This document shows, piece after piece, positions 1-9,337 of a stretch of DNA of 64,000 nucleotides (position 1 is its first letter; each line of letters begins with the position of its first letter). The notes below the pieces were generated by a model. It was not told where the DNA came from and did not search any database. It saw only the letters and a list, made by a program, of their open reading frames with translations. This stretch comes from an uncultured Candidatus Saccharibacteria bacterium (GTDB lineage Bacteria; Patescibacteriota; SOKK01): positions 25,508-89,507 of the forward strand of contig CAZFJP010000003.1 in assembly GCA_964518965.1 (NCBI GenBank), in the 5' to 3' direction. Position numbers and translations under genes: made by a program.

Positions 1-1358
1 CAACTTTAGCTCTTGATCCCGCCGCTAAAACTGTTAAAATTGGCGAAACCATCAGTTCCAAAGTGTTATTAAACACTGCTGGTCAGAATATCAGCAGCGT
101 GGAATTAAAAATCAATTATGATGCGGCAGCATTCTCGGTAACTGTTGATGACACTGGTTCTAAGTTCACTACTTTTGCGGAAAAAACTGCTAGTGGTGGT
201 GTTGCCAGAATTACTGCTGGTGCTAATCCTTATGTAAAGAGTGACAGTGCTTTGGTCGCTACTTTGAAATTAAAGGCGGTCAAGAATACTACTCCTGCCG
301 GTAACAATATTACTTTTGATTCTAGTTGTAAGATTTACAAACCAGGTCAATCTGCAGGTAGCAAAGTTGATATCTTCAAAGCAGGTTATGGCGCAAAATA
401 CACTGTTACCTCAACTGGTACTCAAGAAGGAAAAGGTCAATTAATCCTTTCTCCCGCAACCGCAAACCATAAGGTGAATGAAACTTTTCCGGTGAAGATT
501 TTAGTTAATACTGGTGGAGAAGAATGTAGCAGTGTTGCTGCTTACGTTGGTTTCAGTGATGAATATTTTGACGTGACGATTGATAAAGCAGGTTCTGATT
601 TCAGTACTTTTGCTCAAGCAGAAGTAAAAAATGGTACTGTCTCGATTAATGCTGGTGCTTCTACTCCCAAGAGTGGTAGCGACTTGCTCTTAGCTACGCT
701 AAAGTTGAAAGGTGTTAAAGAGACACTCTTAACTACGGCTAGAAGTGCTCAAGAAACTGGTAGTTTTATCTTTGATGAAACCAAGTCCAAGGTTTACAAG
801 TATGTTCAGGGCAGTCAACCGATTAATATTTTAGATTCGGTTACTAATGGTCAGTATGATATTACCACTACTGGTGGCGGTGGAACCTCTTTGCTTCCTC
901 CAACTGATTTAAAGGGTAAAGCTGGCAATACCATTATTGACTGGAGCTGGAAGCCAAACCCGAGTGGTCAGGCAGTTAAGGGTTATCGCATTTATGTGAG
1001 TACTGTTTCGGGGCATTATAGTGATGACGCAGTTGTAGTCACTGACGCTGTAAACGGCGCTGATGTTAAGGATGCTTTGAAATATCGTTCTACCAGTTTG
1101 ACTAACGGTAAAACTTACTATGCAATTACAAGGGCTTATGATGAAAAAGGTCGCTTAAGTGCTCCTTCTAATGAAGCAAAAGCAACTCCTACCGGCGGCG
1201 GGGGTGTTGAGAAACCAACTGAGCCAAGTACTGGTGGAATCTTTGAAATGCCGACCAGTTTAATTGCTACTGGTTTAGTCATTGGCACTGCGGTTTTGAT
1301 TGCGTTGGGTGTATCTATCTTAATCTGGATTTTTGCTCGTAAAAGAAAGAAACTCTAA
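1..1358 (+). CDS. Cohesin domain-containing cell-surface protein, 5'-partial. Reading frame 3 is open from the window start. It has two cohesin-like modules, an FN3 domain and a C-terminal sorting-signal-like tail.
   Basis: The frame stays open upstream of the GTG at 63, so the gene runs off the window. There are two ~140 aa modules with a cohesin-like pattern (ELKINYDAAAFSVTV...LVATLKLKAVK and YVGFSDEYFDVTI...LLATLKLKGVK). An FN3-like segment follows (WSWKPNPSGQAVKGYRIYVS...YYAITRAYDEKG). The C-terminus reads S-LIATG, then a hydrophobic stretch, then RKRKKL. Confidence 0.6.
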   Translation, partial: TLALDPAAKTVKIGETISSKVLLNTAGQNISSVELKINYDAAAFSVTVDDTGSKFTTFAEKTASGGVARITAGANPYVKSDSALVATLKLKAVKNTTPAGNNITFDSSCKIYKPGQSAGSKVDIFKAGYGAKYTVTSTGTQEGKGQLILSPATANHKVNETFPVKILVNTGGEECSSVAAYVGFSDEYFDVTIDKAGSDFSTFAQAEVKNGTVSINAGASTPKSGSDLLLATLKLKGVKETLLTTARSAQETGSFIFDETKSKVYKYVQGSQPINILDSVTNGQYDITTTGGGGTSLLPPTDLKGKAGNTIIDWSWKPNPSGQAVKGYRIYVSTVSGHYSDDAVVVTDAVNGADVKDALKYRSTSLTNGKTYYAITRAYDEKGRLSAPSNEAKATPTGGGGVEKPTEPSTGGIFEMPTSLIATGLVIGTAVLIALGVSILIWIFARKRKKL

Positions 1359-1491
1359 ATTCTAGAGTTTCTGAATACTTTCAAGAGGGGAAGTGGGGGG
1401 GTATTCCCCACCTCGCCAAAAACGAACTTTGACTCGTTGAGGCAGGATCAATCACTTTCCCTCTTTTTGTTTCTTTTGTTAGAACGACAGA

Positions 1492-3159
1492 ATGATGTGT
1501 AAAAATATGAAATTTGGGCAAATAATTATCTTAGGAATAATTTTCTTGATTTTAATTAGCGGCCTTTCGTTTTATTATTTTGTGATTTATCGTGCTAGGG
1601 CAGCTGAGAAGGTTACGGTTACTTTTGATTTGAATCAAAAAGAGTTCTGGTCTTCGCATGCTCAGCAAAAATACAACTATCTGCAGAAATTAGATCAGCA
1701 GAAAATTTATCCGGAGATTACTAAAGCGGTTCGGACAAAGATTGATCGTCTTTGGCAAGAAAAATTAATTAATGATAAACCAGGTAAAGAATTTTCTCAT
1801 CCGCTCAAGAAGGAAATGAAAGCGTATGTCACCGCGAAAGATATGGATTATCGGGATCGTTATATACCCGCGGATGCTTTTTCTGCGACTATTGATCAAC
1901 TTCTGGCGGTAAAGAAGATTGATAAATTTCCTGGTGACGAAGACGATTTTAAACAATATGGTGATAAAGGCAAAGAGAAAGCTGCGGAGGTTAAAAAGGA
2001 TACTTTTGAAATGGTGAGTCATCGTACTTTTAAGAAGCGAGAATGGACTTATAATCCTGCCCAACAAATTGCTAGCCAGGTACGAAATACCTACTGGAGT
2101 GGTAGTGCGCCTGCGGGGAAAGCAATAAATGCCTACACACAAGCGAATAATCTTATTTCCGGAGGTCTTATGACTGCTGCTACTGGTTTGTTTTCCCCTG
2201 CTTTCTTTATGGGGCAGGCAGGACAGTTTATTGATGCCATTATTAAGTATCTTACTGCACCCACCCAAGATTGTGAACTAACGATTTGGCGCATGTGCGC
2301 TTTAACTACTCTTAAAAATGATCTTCATGTTAAGGTAACTGGTTTAGATTCTTCCGGTCAATGGATTTTCGCTGGTAGTCTCTATGATCAAAATAAATTC
2401 CAAGGTCAGAATCGCATGTTTATTCCCAAAGCAGGAAATCCGCTTCAGGATTTAAACTTATCTTACACTGTTCCGGGTCGTAACTATGCAGTGAAATGGA
2501 ATGGTGAGCATCTCAAGGAAGGTAGCAGGAATATTGAAGAAGTTTTTGTTCCTGGTTTTACCGATCGTCAAATTGATTTGAATTCAATCAGAGTGAATGG
2601 CAAGTTGCTGAAAGATTCTGGCTTTGATGCTGAGATAGTTTTGGCTACTAATCATGTCGGCAATGGCCCTCAAAATGGTGGTGTAATTGCTTCTTCTCCT
2701 GCTCAGTGGAAATACGAATATAGCGCGGCTAATAAAAAATATTATGGCGCTTGGTTGAGTAAGGAAGTAAATGTTTGGATCAGGATAAAGAGGGGTAATT
2801 CTACTCTTTCCGTTGATAATTATATTGCTAAGGAAGCGGATTTTGATCGTAATGGGAAGGTAGATTATCTTGATTTGAAGCGTTGGATGTTGATGCGTGA
2901 TAATTTTGCGGAAGAAGAGAATAACAAAATTACTGATTTGAACCGCGGTGCTGATTTTAATCGGGATAATAAAATTGATGATGCAGATCTACGTTTATTA
3001 ATGAAAGTTTGGGGAAGTAAAAGTGGCGCAGTAACAGGGCCGGGATCTGGTTCGCAAAGTACTCCAAGTACTCCCGGTGGACAATCGGTACCGGTCTCTC
3101 CCGGCAAAGCAACATCTCCCTCACAAAATAATTCTTTTAAAACATTGCCTAGTCTTTAA
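1492..3159 (+). CDS. Membrane-anchored protein with a C-terminal type-I dockerin-like Ca-binding repeat pair and a Ser/Pro/Gly-rich tail
   Basis: An N-terminal TM helix is followed by a ~430 aa domain of unknown function. Two EF-hand-like dockerin repeats are present: DFDRNGKVDYLDLKRWM and DFNRDNKIDDADLRLLM. The tail is low-complexity (GSGSQSTPSTPGGQSVPVSPGKATSPS). Confidence 0.55.
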   Translation: MMCKNMKFGQIIILGIIFLILISGLSFYYFVIYRARAAEKVTVTFDLNQKEFWSSHAQQKYNYLQKLDQQKIYPEITKAVRTKIDRLWQEKLINDKPGKEFSHPLKKEMKAYVTAKDMDYRDRYIPADAFSATIDQLLAVKKIDKFPGDEDDFKQYGDKGKEKAAEVKKDTFEMVSHRTFKKREWTYNPAQQIASQVRNTYWSGSAPAGKAINAYTQANNLISGGLMTAATGLFSPAFFMGQAGQFIDAIIKYLTAPTQDCELTIWRMCALTTLKNDLHVKVTGLDSSGQWIFAGSLYDQNKFQGQNRMFIPKAGNPLQDLNLSYTVPGRNYAVKWNGEHLKEGSRNIEEVFVPGFTDRQIDLNSIRVNGKLLKDSGFDAEIVLATNHVGNGPQNGGVIASSPAQWKYEYSAANKKYYGAWLSKEVNVWIRIKRGNSTLSVDNYIAKEADFDRNGKVDYLDLKRWMLMRDNFAEEENNKITDLNRGADFNRDNKIDDADLRLLMKVWGSKSGAVTGPGSGSQSTPSTPGGQSVPVSPGKATSPSQNNSFKTLPSL

Positions 3160-3180
3160 TTTTTCTTAATCAAGACAAAA

Positions 3181-4131
3181 ATGAAAACTAAGAAAAGAAC
3201 GTGCAAAAGCATAAAGAAAAAGAATTTCCTTCTTCTGGTTATCGCCGGCTTGGTCCTAATTGTACTGGGAGGAAGTTTATTTTTCTTTATTAATCGTCAA
3301 ACTAAAGCCGCGACGTACAATCGTGAGTCCACTTATGATAATTACAGCTTTGCGGTAAACTGGAGCAAGAAAACTGGTCAGGCATTAGATAAGGGAGATA
3401 GTTGTTTCTTTATGGGTTTGCAGGCAATGAATTTTTGTCTCCGCGGTCAATTTAGTAAAGCTCGTGATTTATATTTGAAGTGCAAAGAGATTGATTTTTA
3501 TCGTCATCCGGATATCTATAAAGAGGCCCAAGGAAAGCCGGTTACTTATAATGGTACTTCCTTTGACATGATGGTAATTTGGGATTATGTCTGTACGAAG
3601 TGGCCACAGGTTGGTGCTCGCCCTAGTTTTCATACCCGTCAAAGTGCTTTCTGGGATGGTCGTTATCGCGCCAATTGGATGTTCAGTGCCGCGACAGTCA
3701 AGCCGCAAATTGACTATGCGATGGATCATCCCTATTTAGGCGATGACTTTTTCCGCAATCATCTTTTGATGCTGAAAATCGGCACCTCTCTTGCTTTAAA
3801 GGAAGATGCTTCTTTGAGAGCTAAGGCAGGTGATTATTTGAAGTTTTTGGAAGAGAAAACCAAAGTGAACGGAAAAGTGATTCCCAACTTATTCTTCCGT
3901 TATATTCTTGGCGTTTCGATCACAACTAATAATATTAATACTTGTTACAATTACTGGTTCCCTCAAGGTTACACTGGCAATTCTGTTTGCGAATGGATTT
4001 TTCAAAGAGATCCTAAAGTAATTGATCTCTATCGCAGTCGCAATGCCGATACCCAGTTTCATTTTGAGAAAGTGGATGGTAAGAAATTAACATTAAGTGA
4101 GCAGTTTATTAATTATTTGAGAAAAAAATAA
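3181..4131 (+). CDS. Hypothetical membrane-anchored protein (single N-terminal TM, Cys/Trp-rich ectodomain)
   Basis: Long ORF with an N-terminal TM helix, part of a co-directional tight cluster. No recognisable family. Confidence 0.45.
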   Translation: MKTKKRTCKSIKKKNFLLLVIAGLVLIVLGGSLFFFINRQTKAATYNRESTYDNYSFAVNWSKKTGQALDKGDSCFFMGLQAMNFCLRGQFSKARDLYLKCKEIDFYRHPDIYKEAQGKPVTYNGTSFDMMVIWDYVCTKWPQVGARPSFHTRQSAFWDGRYRANWMFSAATVKPQIDYAMDHPYLGDDFFRNHLLMLKIGTSLALKEDASLRAKAGDYLKFLEEKTKVNGKVIPNLFFRYILGVSITTNNINTCYNYWFPQGYTGNSVCEWIFQRDPKVIDLYRSRNADTQFHFEKVDGKKLTLSEQFINYLRKK

Positions 4132-4140
4132 TTAAAATTT

Positions 4141-4578
4141 ATGGAATCTAGCCAGCGAAAGAGAATTCGCGAATTGAAAAAACGTAGAAATAATTGGAGC
4201 AAAATGCCGTTTTGGCTTGCGGGAGTAATGTTTTTATTCGGCAGTTTATGGTTTAGCTATCAGTATTTCATTACTCCGGTGACCAAAGCAGCTTCCGAAG
4301 CAAAAAAACCAAAAGATTTTAAGGTTCAGGTTGTTGATCGTAAAGTGCAGTTGAGTTGGAACACCCCACAAACTACTAAAGATTTAGTTAAATATCGCGT
4401 TGAACGTTCGCTGAATATTCCTTCTGGCGATTACTCCAAATGGGTGAAAGAAACTAATCTCACTAGTTTAGTTGATGAGTCAGTTTCACAAGGGAAAACT
4501 TATTGGTATCGTATCTTTGCAGTTTATCAAAATAAAATTTCTGATCCGGTTGGACCGATTCCAGCAATTATTGAGTAA
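4141..4578 (+). CDS. Membrane-anchored fibronectin type III domain protein
   Basis: N-terminal TM helix. FN3-like pattern: KDFKVQVVDRKVQLSWNTP...GKTYWYRIFAVY. Confidence 0.5.
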   Translation: MESSQRKRIRELKKRRNNWSKMPFWLAGVMFLFGSLWFSYQYFITPVTKAASEAKKPKDFKVQVVDRKVQLSWNTPQTTKDLVKYRVERSLNIPSGDYSKWVKETNLTSLVDESVSQGKTYWYRIFAVYQNKISDPVGPIPAIIE

Positions 4579-4597
4579 TTAAATTTTAAGATCAAAT

Positions 4598-4963
4598 ATG
4601 CAAACAAACAATCAATCCAAATTTAAACAATTCTTAGTCAGACGCGCCAAACGCAGTTGGATTATTGCTATTGGTGTGGTAATTGCTTTAGTTGTCGGTG
4701 GTGTTTATGTTGCTCCCGACCTTGTTCGTCGCGTGAAACAAAGTTTTGCTGCGGAAAAGAATATCCAGCACACGGACTGGAGCGGTGGACCAAGAACTGC
4801 CGGTGAATCTTTAATTATCACTGATCCCTACACTAACAAATACGATACTAGCTATAACATTGATACTACTAGTGGCAAGGAGGGAATCAAACTAAAAACC
4901 TTGGATCAAAGAGGCAATACTGGCGATACTAGTAATCGGTTGCAACTTCCTCCTATAGATTAA
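4598..4963 (+). CDS. Small hypothetical membrane-anchored protein
   Basis: ORF with an N-terminal TM helix (WIIAIGVVIALVVGGVYVA), in an operon-like arrangement. Confidence 0.4.
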   Translation: MQTNNQSKFKQFLVRRAKRSWIIAIGVVIALVVGGVYVAPDLVRRVKQSFAAEKNIQHTDWSGGPRTAGESLIITDPYTNKYDTSYNIDTTSGKEGIKLKTLDQRGNTGDTSNRLQLPPID

Positions 4964-4979
4964 TTCTTTCTTATTATTT

Positions 4980-7085
4980 ATGGCGAAGAGATTGCGTTTA
5001 AACACAACTTTTTGGGTAGGGGCAGTGCTTTGTGTTTTAGGGGTCGGAGTGCTGTTGTTTTTGTTTTCCCAGCGACCGAAGGAGACCAAGGCTTCACAGG
5101 CAACGTGGTTGCAAGAGAGCTGGTCGGGGGGAGGGAACAGTCCATTCTTCCGTGAGGAGAGTAAGGACAAGTACTGGACTAAGGATGATACTGTGGATGA
5201 TCGCGAGGGCATTACACTTAAATTTAAGAAACATCAATCGAAGGAATCTTCTAACTCTCCTAACAAACCTGCAGGTAAAGAGAATGAGAGTGGCAGTGGG
5301 GCGGAGAATGGAGGAGATCGGGATGGCACTCAAACCGAACGGTTAGTTAAAGGATCGCTAATTTCATCGGTACTAGATTCTCAAAGGCTGGTTTCAGTTT
5401 TAAATGGAAGAATGGAAGGTAGTTTCAGTTCCGCGGCGGGAAACGGAGCTCATCTTTATCTTCAGAGTGGAGATTTAAGTAAGGAAACAACAAAAGAAGG
5501 TGAGATTAATATTAGTGATATCAGGTGGGGTAAGTGGGTGAGTGTTAAAGAGGTAGCAAAAGGTTCGCTCACTGGTCGCTTCCTTCGCTATCGGGTTGAT
5601 TTGGAAATGATTAGAGGGAGTGAGAACTCTCCGCGAGTTACCCGGGTTATTGTTAGTTATAAACTCTTTTCCCAGACCAAGATAGAAATTGATCCAGCGC
5701 AGTCACAAGTTACTGCGGAGAGTCCGGTGTTGATAGGTACTTCTAGTAATATTGTCATTCAACTAAAGAATGGGTCAGGTGAAGTTGTGGTAGTGCCAGA
5801 AGAGTGGTTAGAGGTGGAAGTTTCGGGATTAAGTGGTTGTCGAGTTACTCAGCTGCGCTTGGGGGCGGACCAAGGTGTTGAGAAGAAGAGCAACTCGATT
5901 TATAAGGCAAGTGTAGTTTCTAAAATCCCGGGAGTGGCAAAGATTCAAGTGATAGTTACTTCTGGTGGAAAGGGAACTGGTAGTTCCTTGAGGACTTCTC
6001 TTGAGGAAAGTGGAGGAACTGTTGCTAATCTAAATCAGATCATTTTAAATGACCAGCCGAAAATTGAGTTTGTTGACCATACAAAAGGTGATCAATATGT
6101 TAGTGAGGGATACATCAGCTCCTTAATCTTTGATGCAGGGAGTGAGGTAAAATGGAGCAAGCTTAATTACGAAGCTAATTCTCCTGAAGGGACGGCAGTT
6201 GAAGTGGGGGTAAGAGTGGGTAATGATCCAAATACTTTAGGAAAATTTCAAAAGGTCAGTGCGGGCCATCATCTTGGTCTGCGAGGGCGCTACTTTCAAT
6301 ATCATGTCACTCTCACTACAAGGAACAATTCAGTAACCCCGGTTTTTAAGAAAATTATTGTTTCCTACAGTTCTTTAAGGAAGGGAGGAAAGGAAATTCC
6401 TACTCCTTTGAACCAACAATATAATAGCAGTAGTGTTGATCCCGCTCGATCTCGTGTGACTGCAACTACTCCTCACCGTGCAGGAATTGAACGCAGTCAG
6501 GTAATCATTACTTTGAAGGATAATAACAATGTTCCAATTAAGGATTTTCCTGCGGCACGTTTTGTGCTAAGCACTGAACCGAAATTTGGTACGATTTTCT
6601 ATGACCAAGCAAAGCGAACTGATAGTGATGGCAGGATTATTTATCAATGTACTTCTACCACTGTTTCCCGTAAAGTTTTAACAGTCAAAATTAAAGATGA
6701 ATTAGGAAAGGAAATTTTAACTTTGCATGATCATCCCATAATTGATTTTGTAGATGTTAATGATAAGGATGTTTATCTAAAGAGTGGCGAGTTGAATTCA
6801 CTGATCTATGATGCAGGAGGTATCGTCGGCTGGAACAAGATTAGCTGGATCGCGGATGTACCCAAGGGAACGACAATGAGGGTAATGGTTCTCTTTGGAA
6901 ATGATCGTGAGTTTATTCAAAAAAATAACTGGGATTTGAGCTTGTGGAGAGAGGTAAAAAATGGTCAGAATCTACGTTTAAAGGCAAGATATTTTCAATA
7001 CAAGATCTTGTTTAATAATGATAATCCTTATTTGACACCGGTATTAAAAGAAATTAAGGTGAATTACCAGAACTTGGAGAGCTAA
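4980..7085 (+). CDS. Large membrane-anchored surface protein with three internal ~110 aa repeats
   Basis: N-terminal TM helix. The repeats end in RYFQY(H/K)V.L....TPV.K.I.VSY-like motifs, seen three times. A hairpin terminator follows. Confidence 0.5.
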   Translation: MAKRLRLNTTFWVGAVLCVLGVGVLLFLFSQRPKETKASQATWLQESWSGGGNSPFFREESKDKYWTKDDTVDDREGITLKFKKHQSKESSNSPNKPAGKENESGSGAENGGDRDGTQTERLVKGSLISSVLDSQRLVSVLNGRMEGSFSSAAGNGAHLYLQSGDLSKETTKEGEINISDIRWGKWVSVKEVAKGSLTGRFLRYRVDLEMIRGSENSPRVTRVIVSYKLFSQTKIEIDPAQSQVTAESPVLIGTSSNIVIQLKNGSGEVVVVPEEWLEVEVSGLSGCRVTQLRLGADQGVEKKSNSIYKASVVSKIPGVAKIQVIVTSGGKGTGSSLRTSLEESGGTVANLNQIILNDQPKIEFVDHTKGDQYVSEGYISSLIFDAGSEVKWSKLNYEANSPEGTAVEVGVRVGNDPNTLGKFQKVSAGHHLGLRGRYFQYHVTLTTRNNSVTPVFKKIIVSYSSLRKGGKEIPTPLNQQYNSSSVDPARSRVTATTPHRAGIERSQVIITLKDNNNVPIKDFPAARFVLSTEPKFGTIFYDQAKRTDSDGRIIYQCTSTTVSRKVLTVKIKDELGKEILTLHDHPIIDFVDVNDKDVYLKSGELNSLIYDAGGIVGWNKISWIADVPKGTTMRVMVLFGNDREFIQKNNWDLSLWREVKNGQNLRLKARYFQYKILFNNDNPYLTPVLKEIKVNYQNLES

Positions 7086-7111
7086 CCTTTTAAATTTGAA
7101 TTTTGTGTCTT

Positions 7112-7140
7112 AAAAAGGTGGTTCTAATCCACCTTTTTAA
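7112..7140 (+). terminator. Rho-independent terminator after the surface-protein gene
   Basis: AGGTGG-ttctaat-CCACCT hairpin followed by TTTTT. Confidence 0.6.
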
Positions 7141-7227
7141 GTTTGTTGCTTAAAGGTATAATGTAAATGTAATTTGCCAAAGTAGCAGTATTATTAACTC
7201 ACTTAGTTTGTTTTTTTGTTTTGATTA

Positions 7228-7241
7228 ACAAGCCGATGTGG
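7228..7241 (+). pseudogene. Orphan 5' fragment of tRNA-Leu(TAA), 10 nt plus 4 nt of upstream flank
   Basis: acaaGCCGATGTGG matches positions -4 to +10 of the intact tRNA-Leu(TAA) at 9211-9224. Downstream of the fragment the sequence is unrelated. Confidence 0.4.
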
Positions 7242-7408
7242 TTTGTCTACGTTCCCTCAGAGTTTCGGCAAGGCGGACGGAATTGATCTGCCTTCGTTCA
7301 AGACTTCGGCAGAAGTTCAGCGGGTAAATAAAACCCCACAACATTCGGTGGGGGGGAGTGTCAGATTTAGAATAGTCTTTTTTGACAAGTTAGTATTTTT
7401 TGATTGGG

Positions 7409-7496
7409 GCCGAAGTGGCGGAATTGGTAGACGCGCGGCGTTCAGAGCGCCGTCCCGCTTAGCGGGGTGGAGGTTCAAATCCTCTCTTCGGCACCA
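7409..7496 (+). tRNA. tRNA-Leu(CAG), type II with long variable arm, CCA encoded
   Basis: GCCGAAG acceptor pairs with CTTCGGC. Anticodon loop TTCAGAG. T-arm GGAGGTTCAAATCCTCT. Confidence 0.85.
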
Positions 7497-7609
7497 TTTT
7501 AGATGCAAAATCCAAAACGTAAAACGCAAAAGCTGTGGTATAATTTGTAGGAGAGCCTTGTTCAGAAGGTTACTTTGTGTTTTGCCTTTTGAATTTTGAG
7601 TTTAATTTT

Positions 7610-7696
7610 GGGGATGTGGCGGAATTGGTAGACGCGCAGGCTTGAGGGGCTTGTGGCCGTAAGGCCATGAGAGTTCAACTCTCTCCATCCCCACCA
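7610..7696 (+). tRNA. tRNA-Leu(GAG), type II, CCA encoded
   Basis: GGGGATG acceptor pairs with CATCCCC. Anticodon loop TTGAGGG. Long variable arm. T-arm GAGAGTTCAACTCTCTC. Confidence 0.8.
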
Positions 7697-7797
7697 GTCT
7701 AAATTTCATCATTGGGATTTAATCAGAAGTTAATTAACAAGATTCTATAGACTGGATTTAAATATTTTTGATTAGTATAAATGATGAAATTTAGGCT

Positions 7798-7872
7798 GGC
7801 GTCGTAGCCAAGTGGTAAGGCAGCGGTTTGCAAAACCGTTATGCGCGAGTTCGAATCTCGCCGACGCCTCCA
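7798..7872 (+). tRNA. tRNA-Cys(GCA), CCA encoded
   Basis: GGCGTCG pairs with CGACGCC. Anticodon loop TTGCAAA. T-arm CGCGAGTTCGAATCTCGC. Discriminator U. Confidence 0.85.
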
Positions 7873-7908
7873 AAAAGAAAGTTGGAGATTAAAAGTTAAA
7901 GGATAAAA

Positions 7909-8505
7909 GTGGAAATCATCAAGCTTCTACAGGAAAATATCCGAGAGGTTGCTTGTGAGGTTGTTTCGCGGCTGAAAGACAATCAGGTTGGAGTAATTCC
8001 AAGTGATACGAGTTATGGGATGGCAACCTTGATTCGCAGGGAGAATATTGATCACTTGTTAAAGATTAAAGGCAGATCAAGGAGGAAACCAATCTCGGTT
8101 TTTGTTTCTTCCCTTGAGTTTCTGGATGAGCTCGCGGTAGTTGATTATAATCAAAGGCAGTTTATCAAGAACCGTTTAAACAAATCACATACCTTTGTTC
8201 TGGAATTGGAATCGCAATTTAAAGATCAGTACAAGGATATTGCTCCCGACGGGAAAATTGGTATTAGGATTGTTGGTGTTCCTTTAATTCGAGAGATACT
8301 TAAAAAACTGAATGAACCAATCACTGCTACTAGTGCAAATCTCAGTAACCATACTAATTGTTACTCGCTCAAAGGATTTCTCAATCAGTTTGAAGATAAG
8401 GCAGTACAACCAGATTTCTTCATTGATGCTGGCAAACTGCCTTATTGCAGTCCTAGTACTGTGATTGATTTAACCACGAGACCCTATAGAATTATTCGCA
8501 AATAG
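7909..8505 (+). CDS. tsaC: L-threonylcarbamoyladenylate synthase TsaC/YrdC family
   Basis: YrdC-like motifs (GVIPSDTSYGMA...). Size of 198 aa is typical. Confidence 0.65.
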   Translation: MEIIKLLQENIREVACEVVSRLKDNQVGVIPSDTSYGMATLIRRENIDHLLKIKGRSRRKPISVFVSSLEFLDELAVVDYNQRQFIKNRLNKSHTFVLELESQFKDQYKDIAPDGKIGIRIVGVPLIREILKKLNEPITATSANLSNHTNCYSLKGFLNQFEDKAVQPDFFIDAGKLPYCSPSTVIDLTTRPYRIIRK

Positions 8506-8596
8506 AGTAAGTCATGCCATACGACAGAACACTCTTTGTTGGTGAATTATTGCAACAACGGATAGTTTTATCGATGTCCGATTTAGATTTAGTCAC

Positions 8597-8713
8597 GGGT
8601 TCGTAGCTCAGTTCCCGCCAGAGGCATGCTCCTGAGGCGCATTCGCCCTCTGGTGAAGGTCCGTCTTTGGCGGAGGTTACCTGCCTGCCGGCAGGCAGGG
8701 AGTGCCTCGTTTT
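8597..8713 (+). pseudogene. Duplicated tRNA-Val 5' fragment (nt 1-17) plus a 100 nt structured GC-rich insert, immediately upstream of the intact tRNA-Val(TAC)
   Basis: GGGTTCGTAGCTCAGTT occurs at 8597-8613 and again at 8714-8730. The intervening 100 nt contain two hairpins: CCGCCAGAGG...CTTTGGCGG, and the perfect palindrome CCTGCCTGCCGGCAGGCAGG. Confidence 0.6.
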
Positions 8714-8790
8714 GGGTTCGTAGCTCAGTTGGTTAGAGCGCCTCGTTTACACCGAGGAGGTCAGAGGTTCAACTCCTCTCGAACCCACCA
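8714..8790 (+). tRNA. tRNA-Val(TAC), CCA encoded
   Basis: GGGTTCG pairs with CGAACCC. Anticodon loop TTTACAC. T-arm AGAGGTTCAACTCCTCT. Confidence 0.85.
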
Positions 8791-8926
8791 TGCTCTGCAG
8801 AGCAAACTTAAAAATTAGAACGTAAAAGTTAAAAGAGAAATTCCGGTTTATGCTATAATAGATACGATTTTGTGAGATATTGCTGCATTGTTTTAAGTTT
8901 TACATTTTACGTTTTAATTTTGAAAT

Positions 8927-9002
8927 GCCGAGATAGCTCAGTTGGTAGAGCACGGCTCTGAAAAAGCCGGTGTCCCCAGTTCGATCCTGGGTCTCGGCAC
9001 CA
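8927..9002 (+). tRNA. tRNA-Phe(GAA), CCA encoded
   Basis: GCCGAGA pairs with TCTCGGC. Anticodon loop CTGAAAA. T-arm CCCAGTTCGATCCTGGG. Confidence 0.85.
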
Positions 9003-9101
9003 CTAAACAACTTAAAACTTAAAAATTAAAACGTAAAAGCTAAATCCAAAAGACCCGAATTTACTTTTTAAGTTTTACGTTTTAACTTTTGAGTTGTTTA
9101 C

Positions 9102-9176
9102 GCGGGAGTAGTTCAGTAGTAGAACGCTTCCTTGCCAAGGAAGAGGTCGCGGGTGCGAATCCCGTCTCCCGCTCCA
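9102..9176 (+). tRNA. tRNA-Gly(GCC), CCA encoded
   Basis: GCGGGAG pairs with CTCCCGC. Anticodon loop TTGCCAA. T-arm GCGGGTGCGAATCCCGT. Confidence 0.85.
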
Positions 9177-9214
9177 ACTAAAACAAATTAAAATAACTTC
9201 TATGTTATTTACAA

Positions 9215-9302
9215 GCCGATGTGGCGGAATGGTAGACGCGGCAGACTTAAAATCTGCTGGGCTTAATCGCCCATGTCGGTTCGACTCCGACCATCGGCAC
9301 CA
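9215..9302 (+). tRNA. tRNA-Leu(TAA), type II, CCA encoded
   Basis: GCCGATG pairs with CATCGGC. Anticodon loop CTTAAAA. Long variable arm. T-arm GTCGGTTCGACTCCGAC. Confidence 0.85.
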
Positions 9303-9337
9303 AGGGTAATTTAAGAGTTAAAACTTAAAATTGAAAG

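Noticed and set aside
1765-2268. 167 aa minus-strand ORF inside the dockerin-protein gene
   Set aside because: Fully antisense to a well-supported CDS, with Cys/Arg-rich low-complexity translation. Typical shadow ORF.
7243-7599. 118 aa plus-strand ORF spanning the tRNA-Leu(CAG) gene
   Set aside because: It reads through a tRNA gene and AT-rich repeat tracts. No RBS. An artefact of low stop-codon density in a GC-rich hairpin region.
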